The notes: a model not told the origin generated them from the sequence alone. A stretch of DNA of 64,000 nucleotides from an uncultured Verrucomicrobiae bacterium (GCA_963769025.1 CAVYKI010000006.1:544001-608000), one strand, 5' to 3'; positions 31,249 to 41,912 are shown, counted from the first letter of the stretch. Numbers and translations: made by a program.

Positions 31249-34200
31249 GTGCCTGCAGACGACGACCAGGAAGACGTGCAACTGCGGGCGGTTTCGTTAC
31301 AGAACGCAAACGCCATTTTCCTCGCACGCCAGCGTGCGGATCGCGAGCTCCTCGGGGCCAAGGAGGCGCTGCGCAAAAGCGAGGAGCTGCTGCGCTCGAT
31401 CACCGATGCCACGCCGGCGCTGATCGCCTATCTCGATTCTTCCTTCCGCTACCGTTTCGCGAATCTCCAGTACGCGATCTGGTTTGGGCGTCCGCAGGAG
31501 CAGTTGATCGGCCTGCACATGCGCGAAGTGCTCGGCAACGAAGCCTTTGCCCGGCTGGAGCCTCACGTCGTGCGCGCCCTTGCGGGGGAGGATGTTCACT
31601 TCGAGGCGGAAGTGCCCTACCGCGACGCCGGCACGCGTTTTGTGAAGGTCGCATATCACCCGGATCGCGCTGAGGACGGGGCGGTGCGCGGCGTGTACGT
31701 CCTCGTCATCGACATCAGCGATATCAAGCGCACGGAGGATGCGTTGCGCCAGACGGAGAGCCGGCTGCTCATGGCCATGGAGGCCGGGCAGATGGGTGCG
31801 TGGGAGTGGGACGTGGTGACCGGAAAAGTAAGCTGGTCCCCGACACTCGAAGCGATCCACGGGATGGCAACCGGCACGTTTGGCGGGAGCTTCGAGGACT
31901 TTCAGCGCGACATGCATCCGGAGGATCGCGGCCGGGTGCTCGCGACGATCCGGGAGAGCGTGGAAAAGCGCACGGACTACCGCATCGAATACCGGATCGT
32001 GAAGCCGGATGGTACGGTGACCTGGATCGAGGCGCGCGGAAAACTGTTCCTCGATGCGCAGCGGCAATCCGGAGCGGATGGCCGGACTTTGCATGGACGT
32101 GGCGGGACGCAAACACGCCGAGGAGGCGCTGCTACAGAGCGAACGCTTCAATCGCACCATCATCGAGAGCAGCCGCGACTGGATGACCACGCTCTCCCCC
32201 GATGGTGTGCTCCTGTGGATCAATACTGCGGGGATGGAAGCCGTGTGCGCAACCGACTCCGCGCAGGTCGTCGGCAGGTCGTGGTTTGACTTTTGGGAGG
32301 GCAAAAATCGCAGGCTGGCCGAGGCCGCCGTCCACGCCGCCGTCGCGGGCGGGAAGGGCACCTTCGTGGGCTACATCATCCTCGAGGGCCGGACCACCTG
32401 GTGGGATGTGGCGGTCACGCCCATCGTCGATGCCGCAGGCAAACCGGAGAGGCTTCTCGCCGTATCGCGCGATGCCACCGAGCGCCGGAAGCTGGAGGAA
32501 GTCCATGCGCGGCTCGCGGCGGTGGTCGAGTTTTCCGATGACGCGATTGTCAGCAAGTCGCTCGATGGCATCATCGCCACATGGAACCGGGGCGCGGAGC
32601 GGATGTTCGGCTACACGGCGTCCGAGATGATCGGGAAGCCGGTCACCATCCTGATTCCGCCCGACTGCGTTTCTGAGGAGCCGGAAATCCTCAGGCGCGT
32701 GAAAAGCGGGCGAAGTCGTGGAGCCTTACGAGTCGGTGCGGATGCGGAAGGATGGCACATTGCTCGATGTGTCGCTCACCGTTTCACCGATCAAGGACGC
32801 GAGCGGGAAAATCATCGGCGCCTCGAAAATCGCGCGCGACATCACGCAGCGCAAGCAGGCCGAGGCCGAGCGGGCACGGCTCGCGGCCGTGCTCGAAAAG
32901 AGCCTGAACGAGATTTACATCTTCGATACGACGCAGCTCCGCTTCCAATACGTGAACGAAGGCGCGCTGCGGAATCTCGGCTACTCGATGGAGGCGATGC
33001 GCGAGATGACTCCGCTCTCGATCTCAAGCCGGAATTCACCGAGGAGAGATTCCGCGCGATGGTCGCGCCGCTGCTCGGCAGGGAAAAGGAGAAGCTCATT
33101 TTCCACACCGTGCACCGCCGCGCCGACGGCAGCCTTTATCCCGGTGGAAGTCCATCTCCAGTGCGTCGCGCACGCCGGCGAGGATGTCTTCATGGCCGTC
33201 ATCCTCGACATCACCGAACGGCGCAAGGGCGAGGAGGAGCGCGAACGCCTGCTCGCCAGCGCAGCAGCGCGCCCGGGCCGAGGCCGAAGAGGCGGGAAGC
33301 CGCGCGCGTTTCCTCGCCGAGGCAAGCGCGAGCCTGGCCTCCACGCTCGATTACGAGGTCACGCTCGGCAATGTCGCGCGGGCCGCCGTGCCGGGCATCG
33401 CGGACTGGTGCGCCGTGCACATGCGGAGGCGGATGGCACGGTGCGCGTCGTCGCCACCGCGCATGCGGATCCCGCGAAGCTGGCCATCGCGAAGGAACTC
33501 CAGGAGCGTTATCCCGAGGACACCGGTTCGCCCTTCGGCACGCCGTCCGTGCTCCGCACCGGCCAGTCGCTGCTCCACACGCAAATCCCGGACGACGCTG
33601 CTCGTGGCCAGCTGCGCGCGATGCCGAACATCTCGCGCTGATTCGCAGCCTCGGCCTGAAGTCCGCTGTTGATCGTCCCGCTCGTCGCGAACGGCCAGAC
33701 GCTCGGCGCGATCACGCTCGTCGCGCGCCGAGTCCGGCCGCCACTTCAGCGAAGCGGACCTCCCGTTCGCCGAGGATCTCGCCGCACGCGCCGCCGCGGC
33801 CGCGGAAAATGCGCGCCTTTACCGCGAAGTCCGCCACGCCAACGCCGCGAAGGATCACTTCATGGCCGTGCTCAGCCACGAACTGCGCACGCCGCTCAAT
33901 CCCGTGCTCATGACGGTCGCCGACCTCGAGCGCGATGCCACCGTGCCCGCGCAGGTCCGCAAGCAGATGACCCTCGTGCGCCGCAACGTCGAACTCGAGG
34001 CGCGGCTCATCGATGACCTCCTCGACTCCACGCGCATCGCGAACGGAAAGCTGCAACTCCAGCGCACGGTGGTGGACGCCCGCGAACTGCTCCGCCGCGC
34101 CACCGCCATCGTGGAAAGCGAAGCCAGCAGCAAGGATGTGCAGCCTCTCGGTGACCACTTGCGCCGCAGCCGTGCCCGGTGCTTGGCGACCCGGCACGCC

Positions 34201-34953
34201 TCCAGCAGGTCTTTTGGAACGTGGTGAAGAACGCCGTGAAATTCACCCCGGAGGGCGGCTCCGTCCGCATCGCGGTGCGACGTCTCCGCGAGGCACACCG
34301 TCCGCATCACCGTGCAGGACACCGGCGTGGGCATCGCGCCCGAGGATGCCGCGAAAATCTTCAACGCCTTCGAGCAGGGCGACGCCGCCATCACTCACCG
34401 CTTTGGCGGCCTCGGTCTCGGCCTTGCGATTTCAAAGGCGCTTGTCGCCATGCACGAAGGCACGCTCACCGCACACAGCGAAGGCATCGGCCGCGGTGCC
34501 ACCTTCACCGTCGAACTCCCGCTCACGCGCGCGGCCCGCACTGGCACTGCTGACATCGCCGAACCGTCCGCGCCGCGCCGTGCCGTGCGCCTCCTCGTCG
34601 TCGAAGATCATGAAGCCACCTCGCAGGTCATGGAGCGCCTGCTCAAGCGACGCGGCTACAGCGTCGCCGTCGCAGCGGGAATGAAGGCCGCATTGAAGGT
34701 TCTCGAGGACGCGCCGATCGACATCCTCATCAGCGACCTCGGCCTGCCGGACGGCACCGGTCGCGAGCTCATGGAAAAGGTCCGCGAAACGAGAAAGCTT
34801 CCCGGCATCGCCCTGAGCGGCTTCGGTACCGACAACGACATCAACAGCAGCCGCGAAGCCGGCTTCGCCGCGCACCTGACCAAGCCCATCGACATCGAAC
34901 AGCTCGACCGCGAAATCCAGCTCCTCGCAAGCGCGCCCGATTTCCAAGCGTGA
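31249..34953 (+). CDS. Cytoplasmic multi-PAS/GAF hybrid histidine kinase with C-terminal receiver (many frameshifts)
   Basis: About five PAS/PAC modules, a GAF (ADWCAV), [23 protein letters not shown] and receiver ISDLGLPD, reassembled across frames. Confidence 0.85.
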
Positions 34954-35026
34954 GCATGGCCGGGATTCCTCGCGCTGGCGCGTGTGGTTTCCGATTGGAC
35001 CGTGTCACGCTCTGCAAGCGCCGATG

Positions 35027-35371
35027 TCAGCGGAAGAGCTTTGTGAACCGCCGCGAAAGCTTTTGCAGTCCGCTCCCGAGTTCCAGATCCTTCAAGTGCG
35101 CGACACCATTGCTGACTGCGTTGGAGCCGCTCTCAAAAAGGTGCCCCGCATGCCGCTGGACGGGCGCCGCGATGGTCTGCAGTCGGTCGCGGATGTCCGT
35201 GAGCAGGCGCGCGGCGCGGCTTTCCGGAGTGTGCGGCCGCAGCGTGCGGACGAGGAGGCCGGCAGCGAGCCCCACGCCGATCGCGATGAGCAGCGAGCGC
35301 GTCGGATTTTCGCGGGCGAGCCGGTTGAATTTGGTCGTGCACTCGGTGACTGGGTTGGATGGTTTGTTCAT
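35027..35371 (-). CDS. Small membrane-associated hypothetical protein
   Basis: ARENPTRSLLIAIGVGLAAGLLV, an ElaB/YqjD-like anchor motif. Confidence 0.65.
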   Translation of the reverse strand: MNKPSNPVTECTTKFNRLARENPTRSLLIAIGVGLAAGLLVRTLRPHTPESRAARLLTDIRDRLQTIAAPVQRHAGHLFESGSNAVSNGVAHLKDLELGSGLQKLSRRFTKLFR

Positions 35372-35374
35372 GGA

Positions 35375-35671
35375 TTAGGCTTTGGATTTCGGGTTGCAGG
35401 AGCAGAGTTCCCAGGCCTTCAGCATGCCGAGGCAGAGCAGCACCGGCCGCGCGAGCGTGAAGACGACGGCGGTGGTTGCGCGGGTCGGGAGAAGGTTCAG
35501 GAGAAGTCCCGTGCCGAATGCGAATGCGACGGCCTTGGCGGGTTCGCGATGGGCGAATGACTCGGCCTGGTCGAGCCACGAATGAGGTGCGGCGCTGCGT
35601 GTGCTTCCGGGCCGCGCGCCGGTCTCCGTTGCGCCATCGGGTGTCGCGATCTTATTTTTTTTGGTGCTCAT
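35375..35671 (-). CDS. Small membrane hypothetical protein
   Basis: AHREPAKAVAFAFGTGLLLNLLP hydrophobic segments; coupled to the downstream ORF. Confidence 0.6.
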   Translation of the reverse strand: MSTKKNKIATPDGATETGARPGSTRSAAPHSWLDQAESFAHREPAKAVAFAFGTGLLLNLLPTRATTAVVFTLARPVLLCLGMLKAWELCSCNPKSKA

Positions 35672-35760
35672 ATCACCTTGGGATTCGTGGTCCGGGTGCG
35701 GTTTGCGTGTGTCGTTGGATACAAACTTCGCATTTGTCGAATCCGTCGCAGGCAGGCCGA

Positions 35761-36438
35761 TCATTTGCCCTCCGCTCCGGTGTCCCGCGCCTTCCCCAAT
35801 TCCTCGCGCCTTACCCTGTCCATACATGTGGGGCAGACGCCGTGGGTAAAGTCAGTGCCGGTGTGCTTGTGGATGTATTCCTCGATCTCCTGCCAGTAGT
35901 CCGAGTCATCGCGGATGCTCTTGCAGTAGCAACAGATCGGCAGAAGGCGCTTGAGTTGCCGGCCCGTTTCCAGCGCGTGTTCGAGTTCCGTCACCCGATT
36001 GGCGAGGCTGCGCTCGAGTTTCAGCGTGCGTTGTCCGTTCCGGATCCGCGCCACCACCTCCGGCACCCCAAAGGGCTTGCGGATGAAATCATCGGCGCCT
36101 GCCGCCATGGCTTCGGCGATGCCTTCTTCGCCTTCCCGCGCAGTAATCACGATCAGGTAGAAGTAGCGCCCGGCGGAATCGCTTCGCAGCGCGCGGCAAA
36201 TCTCGGGACCGCTCCTGCCGGGCATCTCCCAATCCAGCAGTGCGATCGAGGGAGCGTCCTCGGATGTCAGCACTTCAAGGGCGTCATCACCATTCTCAGT
36301 GGTGGTGACCGCGAAACCTTTCCACTCCAGCAGATTCTTCAGCGCTTCCCGTGCGATGGCGTGATCTTCGGCGATCAGGATCCGATCGGACGTTTCGACG
36401 GAAGGGGCGGTGATTATCGATTCGGCGATGGCATCCAT
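35761..36438 (-). CDS. Response regulator with C-terminal Cys-rich domain
   Basis: Receiver LLDWEMP...GADDFIRKP; tail LPICCYCKSIRD...THGVCPTC. Confidence 0.88.
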   Translation of the reverse strand: MDAIAESIITAPSVETSDRILIAEDHAIAREALKNLLEWKGFAVTTTENGDDALEVLTSEDAPSIALLDWEMPGRSGPEICRALRSDSAGRYFYLIVITAREGEEGIAEAMAAGADDFIRKPFGVPEVVARIRNGQRTLKLERSLANRVTELEHALETGRQLKRLLPICCYCKSIRDDSDYWQEIEEYIHKHTGTDFTHGVCPTCMDRVRREELGKARDTGAEGK

Positions 36439-36592
36439 GACTCAAGGGGGAAATCGCACGGCGTCATGCGGATGGTGGTAAAAAGAATCACGGTTCGTTG
36501 CCGAAGAGCCTGCACGCAGGAGAGGTGGAGCAGCAAAACCGGAAATCCAAACCGGACACAACCAACCGCCCGCCGCGGCGCGATTACCAAGC

Positions 36593-37027
36593 ATGAATAC
36601 ATTCACATTCGATGGCTCATGGGATCTGATCAAAGGCAAGCTGAAGCAGAAGTATGCCGACCTCACCGATGATGATCTGACCTTCGTGGAAGGCAAAGGG
36701 GATGAACTGCTCGGCCGCCTGAAGACGAAGCTGGGGATGTCCAAGGATGCGGTGATCGCGATGTTGCATGAACTCGAAGACAGCGGGTCGAGCCTCAGGC
36801 ACGGAGTTCGCGAAAAGGTTTCCGAAGCCACCGCGCGGGTGGGCGAAATGGTGGACGATGTGCGGGAGCGAGTCACCGAGGCCGCTGGCGAGGCTTACGA
36901 ATACACCCGCGATGGCGCCCGCACGCTGCAGGTGAAGGCGGAAGACTACGTCACCCGGCAGCCGGTCACCGCGCTCCTGACGGCCCTCGCCGTCGGTTTC
37001 GTCGCAGGCATTTTGATCCGGCGGTAG
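36593..37027 (+). CDS. CsbD-family protein fused to an ElaB/DUF883-like C-terminus
   Basis: GSWDLIKGKLKQKYADLTDDDL...G.LK; tail YVTRQPVTALLTALAVGFVAGILIRR. Confidence 0.85.
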   Translation: MNTFTFDGSWDLIKGKLKQKYADLTDDDLTFVEGKGDELLGRLKTKLGMSKDAVIAMLHELEDSGSSLRHGVREKVSEATARVGEMVDDVRERVTEAAGEAYEYTRDGARTLQVKAEDYVTRQPVTALLTALAVGFVAGILIRR

Positions 37028-37219
37028 TTCGACATGATGCGATTTCATGACGCGGCTGTAAGAGATCGCAAAGTCAGCGAAGTCGGTGGCGACACTGAAC
37101 TTGGAAAACCGGTCCCTGCAGGCAGCGCCTTTCTCGGGCGGACGGGATCGCAAGGAACCGCTCGCACCTCGTCTCGCGGGATTGATGCTGGAATCCATCG
37201 TCCGGTGGAAGAAGCCGCG

Positions 37220-38506
37220 ATGAGGCATAAGCCAGGCATGCGTGCCATGCGGTGGGCGTCGCTGGTTCTGGCGGCGAGTCTTTTCACCGGCTGCTCCCTT
37301 TTCCAAAAGCGCGCGCCAGCCGGGTCCCCCGATCGCGCCTACATCGCATACTGGCCGCCCTCCGAAGGCGATCACCGGCTGCGGCTTGCGGTAAAGGACC
37401 TCATCGACATGGAGGGCGTCGTGACGACCGGAGGATCCAAACATCTCGCGAAGAACAATCCGCCGGCTGCCCGCGATGCCAAGTGCCTGACCATCGCACG
37501 GGAGAGAAACGTGCAGATCGTGGGAAAGACAAATCTCGCGGAACTCGCGCTCGGGGTCACTGGCATCAATAGCTACTTCGGAACTCCGAGGAACCGCCTG
37601 GCGGGAAAGCAGCGGATCATCCCTGGCGGGTCGTCCAGTGGTTCAGCCGTCGCGGTCGCGAACGGATCGGCGGACATCGCATTCGGCACGGATACCGGCG
37701 GCTCGATCCGCGTTCCGGCGGCATGCTGCGGCATCGCGGGTCTAAAGACGACGTTCGGACTCATCTCGCTCGATGGCGTGCATCCGGTCTCGCCAAAGTA
37801 TCTGGACACCGTCGGCCCGATGGCGAAGGACGTTGCGCATCTCGTGCAAGGCATGGATTTGCTGCAGCGGGGATTTGCCGGACGGTACGCGAGCGCAGTG
37901 GCAGCAAGGCCGTCGGCCCGCAGCATCCGTATCGGGCGGCTCTACGTGGATGGCACGGACCCGAGAATCGACCGAGCGGTGGATGCCATCCTCGCTGCGA
38001 GGGGATTCAAAGTGGTGGTGCTGGACAAGAACTTCAAAGCACAGTGGGAGCAGGCGGAGAAGGATGGGGACACAGTCGCCACGGCGAGCGCCTGGCAGAG
38101 CGATGGGCATTTCATGGGCAAACCGGGAATCGGCGCGCTGCCCAATGCCGTTCTTGCGCTCGGATCCATCGAGTTTAACAACAGCTATCCCGAAGCGGTG
38201 AAACGGCGGGCTGAGTGGCAACGCACGTTGCGCAGAGTTTTTCGCAAGGTGGACTTCATCGCGCTGCCGACGCTCAAGAACCTCCCGCCAAAGGTCCCGT
38301 TCTTCGGCGGCTCTCCCGCCTTCGAGGTGCTCGTCCGCGCCAAGCAAGCCACGGTCGCCGTGAATTTTGCGGGCAACCCGGCCCTCGCGCTGCCGATCCC
38401 GGTGGAGGACAAAAAGATTCCTGTCACCAGCCTGCAGCTCATCGGACCGCGCCTGAGCGAGGCGCAGCTTCTCAATGCGGGCAGGCTCATCGAGGCGAAG
38501 CGGTGA
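37220..38506 (+). CDS. Amidase signature family lipoprotein
   Basis: Lipobox FTGC; AVKD, GGSSSGSA and GTDTGGSIRVPAA (Ser-Ser-Lys triad). Start may be 37238 or 37247. Confidence 0.88.
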   Translation: MRHKPGMRAMRWASLVLAASLFTGCSLFQKRAPAGSPDRAYIAYWPPSEGDHRLRLAVKDLIDMEGVVTTGGSKHLAKNNPPAARDAKCLTIARERNVQIVGKTNLAELALGVTGINSYFGTPRNRLAGKQRIIPGGSSSGSAVAVANGSADIAFGTDTGGSIRVPAACCGIAGLKTTFGLISLDGVHPVSPKYLDTVGPMAKDVAHLVQGMDLLQRGFAGRYASAVAARPSARSIRIGRLYVDGTDPRIDRAVDAILAARGFKVVVLDKNFKAQWEQAEKDGDTVATASAWQSDGHFMGKPGIGALPNAVLALGSIEFNNSYPEAVKRRAEWQRTLRRVFRKVDFIALPTLKNLPPKVPFFGGSPAFEVLVRAKQATVAVNFAGNPALALPIPVEDKKIPVTSLQLIGPRLSEAQLLNAGRLIEAKR

Positions 38507-38678
38507 GGTGCCCGAAAGGTCGCAGATCAAGATCCCGAGCGCCGTTCCCGATCATGGGGGACGACCCTATCCGCTCCGCGGTTTCCGGAACTCAAACACG
38601 GTCACTTTCCCCCGCGGCGCGGCCCGGTGCCATTACACGCCCAATGCACTCACGCCCTCGTGAAACCCAGGTGCCGTC

Positions 38679-39344
38679 CTACTGCGCCGGCGCGAACTGC
38701 TCGCGCGACGGTTCCCGCTGGAGCAGGTTTTCCTTGCAGGCCGGGCAAACCCCGCTGGCGAGATTGGCGGCGGACGGGTCACGTCGGTATGCCTCGATTT
38801 CTTCCCAGTAGTCCGCGTCGTCGCGCACCTTCTTGCATTCGGTACAAATCGGCAGGAGTCGCTTCAGACTGCGCAGCTCCTCGCGGCTCATCTCCAGGTC
38901 GTCTGAGCGCTCCGAGTACCGCTTTTCCAGGCTGAGCACGCGCAACCCGCAGCGCAGCCGGGCGAGGAGCTGCGAACTGTCCAGCGGCTTGCTCAGAAAA
39001 TCGTCCACACCCGCTGCGAACGCCGCGAGCGCATCGGTGGCCTCGTCGCGCCCGGATACCATGACGATGTAGGTGTAGGGGTTGGATGGAATCGAGCGCA
39101 CGGCCAGGCACACGTGGATGCCGTCCAGGCGCGGCATCGTCCAATCGAGCAGCGCGATGTGCGGCGGGTCCGGCGCGAGGAGGATGTGGATCGCATCCTG
39201 CCCGTCATTTACCACGGTCACGTCGTAGCCTTCGCGCTGCAGCAGACGGACGAGCGCATTCCGTGAGGTCTCGTCATCTTCCGCCACGAGGACACGCGTC
39301 CGCGGCTGGTCGGAAATAGCGGAAGTGGGCGCTGTGCGATTCAT
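38679..39344 (-). CDS. Response regulator with C-terminal Cys-rich domain (paralog of 35761-36438)
   Basis: LLDWTMP...GVDDFLSKP; tail LPICTECKKVRD...GVCPAC. Confidence 0.88.
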   Translation of the reverse strand: MNRTAPTSAISDQPRTRVLVAEDDETSRNALVRLLQREGYDVTVVNDGQDAIHILLAPDPPHIALLDWTMPRLDGIHVCLAVRSIPSNPYTYIVMVSGRDEATDALAAFAAGVDDFLSKPLDSSQLLARLRCGLRVLSLEKRYSERSDDLEMSREELRSLKRLLPICTECKKVRDDADYWEEIEAYRRDPSAANLASGVCPACKENLLQREPSREQFAPAQ

Positions 39345-39497
39345 CGTACCAGATTCGTAGCCGCGGTCAGATTGCGTGCGTGAAATTGGCAGGAGCGCGA
39401 TAATTCCTGCACGGTATGTTGGGGTCTCGGCAAAATTTTCACAACCGCGAGCGCGCATGGGGACGATGCAAGGGCGTATCCATCTCACAACGTGCTT

Positions 39498-39710
39498 ATG
39501 AAAATGTTCAGCCAAACTCTCCGGTCCGCGCTGGTTGCCGTGCTCTCCATGGCGACCGTCGGCTTGGCGCAGCCCCCGTCGGGTGGTCCGCCACCGCCAC
39601 CGCCACCTCCGGGTGAGCCAACTCCTCCTCCGCCACCGCCGAAACGGCCGAAGCGTCCCAAGCCGCCGATTCCCCTGCCTCCACCGCTCCCGCCGGTTCC
39701 GCCTCCGTAG
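39498..39710 (+). CDS. Small secreted polyproline protein
   Basis: Signal-like leader ending VGLA, followed by a 46-aa mature region with 30 Pro. Confidence 0.6.
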   Translation: MKMFSQTLRSALVAVLSMATVGLAQPPSGGPPPPPPPPGEPTPPPPPPKRPKRPKPPIPLPPPLPPVPPP

Positions 39711-39810
39711 AAGCTCGTTGATTCGAACGGCCAGGGCTGGCGTGCCAGAGTCCGCGTGCGCTGAGGCCGCTTGTGTTTCAGAACGTCGCAGGAGGAGATG
39801 CGTCTCTCGC

Positions 39811-41628
39811 TCAGCTCTCCCGCAGCGCTTCCGGCGTTTCGTTGCGGGGGGGCAGCGTGCAGGCGGCATAGGCGGCCACGCCGGCGGCGGCGCGTCGCAG
39901 ATCGGGATACGTTTCGTCCGCCCCCGCCTTGCCCAGTCGCTCGTGACGCGCGGAAAATTCTTCATCGTCGGGCCGCCAGAGTCCGACCACGATCCGTGTC
40001 GAGGGCAGCCGGGCGCGCAGCCTTTTGCACAGCGCGCGGGCGGCGATGGCCGAGACCGGCGGCAGCGCCGAAATGCACACGATGGACGGCGCGAGGGCCA
40101 CGGCCTGCTCGACGGATTCGCTCGCGAGCAATTCCGAGGAAAGCACGGTGGTCGCGACGTTCGATTCCGCGAGCACATGGGCGAGCATGAGCGCGGCGAG
40201 TTCGTCCCCTTCGTGGCTGGCCGGGATGCAGAGGATGGTCGCAGTTGCCGGCGGCTTTGCATCGGAGCCGGGGCGCGGCTCCGGGAGGTCCGTGATGATC
40301 TGGCGCAAAGTCTGAAAGGCATCGGTGCGTGCGGCATCGGAGAGCACTCCCGATCGGAAATCGGTCTCGATGCTGCGCAGCGCCGGGATCACGGCCTCGT
40401 CGAACGAAGCGAGCGCACCCTGTTCGCGGATGCGCCGTTCGACGATGTCGGTGGCCTCCTCTTCATTCAGCGCGAGCAGTCGTTGGTAAAGCCGGTCGCC
40501 GGGAGCGATGGACGGCTTTGCGCCCATGAGGAGGTCGAGGAAGGCAAGATCGGGCAGATATTTTCCCGCCACGGCGAGGCAGACGGTCAGCGGTGTGGCG
40601 AGCAAGAGTCCCACGCCGCCCCACAGCCATGTCCAGAAAAGCGCGGATACGATCACGGCCAGCGGGGAAATCTCCGTGCTCGCGCCATAGAGCCACGGTT
40701 CGACCACGTGCGCCACGAACAGATCGACCACCAGGAACAGTCCGATGATGAGCAGCGGCTGTGTCCACGATGGCGAGATCGCGAGGGACAAGGCGAGCGG
40801 AAGCGCGGTGGCGATCCATGCGCCGATGTACGGCAGGAATCGCAGCGCCATCGCCAGCAGTCCCCAGAGAAGCGCGTTGGGAATCCCGATGAAATACAGG
40901 CCGACTCCGATCGTCACGCCGAAGCTGGCGTTGACCATCACCTGGGCGCGGAGGTAGCGGCCGATCCGCTGACCCACTTCGTCGAGGGCCTGGGTGGTCA
41001 CGCGCAGCCGGCCGCGGCCCATGAGGTGGATCAGGCGGTCGCGCAGATCGGTGCCGGCCATCAGCATGAAAATCACGATCACGATCACCACGAGTGTCTT
41101 TCCGAGCGGGCCGACGATCGGCCACAGCACGCCCATGAGTTTTTGAATCGAGCCGTCCGGGCTGGGAACCACTTCCACGCGCACGGGACGGGGCTTTTCC
41201 ATCACCGTCACCATCGGCGCCGGCGCCTTGGTGTCCTCCTTGTTGACGGCTTCGGTCACCTCGGTGATCGTCCGAGCGCCGAGGCGCAACGGGTTGTTCG
41301 GGTTTTTCAACGCCTCGACCCGTGCGATCAGGTTATTGCGGTACTTCGGCAGCAGACCCGCCAGATCGAGAAACTGCGTGGTGACGAGGTACGCCAGCCC
41401 ACCGATGAGCACGAACGCCAGTGCGGCCGTGACGAGGACCGCTCCCGCACGTCGCAGCCCCCACCGCTCCAATCGCCGGACGAGCGGTGAGAGCAGGAAG
41501 CTCAGCAGCCCCGCGAGCACCAGCGGCAGGAAGAACTCCTGGGCAATGTGCAGCATCGCCGCCACGCCAACGAACAGCGCGAGGACGAGAAGCGGTCCCA
41601 CATATCTCTTTCGGTCGGGGATGGTCAT
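39811..41628 (-). CDS. AI-2E family transporter with soluble C-terminal extension
   Basis: Multiple TM helices; LRFLPYIG, VVEPWLYG and WGGVGLLLATPLT. Confidence 0.88.
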   Translation of the reverse strand: MTIPDRKRYVGPLLVLALFVGVAAMLHIAQEFFLPLVLAGLLSFLLSPLVRRLERWGLRRAGAVLVTAALAFVLIGGLAYLVTTQFLDLAGLLPKYRNNLIARVEALKNPNNPLRLGARTITEVTEAVNKEDTKAPAPMVTVMEKPRPVRVEVVPSPDGSIQKLMGVLWPIVGPLGKTLVVIVIVIFMLMAGTDLRDRLIHLMGRGRLRVTTQALDEVGQRIGRYLRAQVMVNASFGVTIGVGLYFIGIPNALLWGLLAMALRFLPYIGAWIATALPLALSLAISPSWTQPLLIIGLFLVVDLFVAHVVEPWLYGASTEISPLAVIVSALFWTWLWGGVGLLLATPLTVCLAVAGKYLPDLAFLDLLMGAKPSIAPGDRLYQRLLALNEEEATDIVERRIREQGALASFDEAVIPALRSIETDFRSGVLSDAARTDAFQTLRQIITDLPEPRPGSDAKPPATATILCIPASHEGDELAALMLAHVLAESNVATTVLSSELLASESVEQAVALAPSIVCISALPPVSAIAARALCKRLRARLPSTRIVVGLWRPDDEEFSARHERLGKAGADETYPDLRRAAAGVAAYAACTLPPRNETPEALRES

Positions 41629-41661
41629 AGGCAGGCGTGCAGCGTGTCTTTCACCCAGCGC

Positions 41662-41886
41662 CTACGCTTTCGCCCGGCCTGAGAAAGCGAGCGCGATGGC
41701 GCCGCCGGCAATCGCCGCCCAGCCGAGGATCGGCGGGATCGGGACATGGTGCGTTTTTTCTGCCGTGGCCTTGATGGGCCCGATCTCGAGCACCGTCTCG
41801 CGGGACTGATAGCTGAAATGCCCGTAGGCGAGAATGGCCGCGCCGATGAGGATGAGGATGATGCCGATGATGGATTGGCTTTTCAT
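41662..41886 (-). CDS. DUF3185-like small membrane protein
   Basis: Two TM segments around ETVLEIGPIKATAE...IPPILG. Confidence 0.75.
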   Translation of the reverse strand: MKSQSIIGIILILIGAAILAYGHFSYQSRETVLEIGPIKATAEKTHHVPIPPILGWAAIAGGAIALAFSGRAKA

Positions 41887-41912
41887 GGTTGGTTTGGATG
41901 GAAGGTTTCGGG

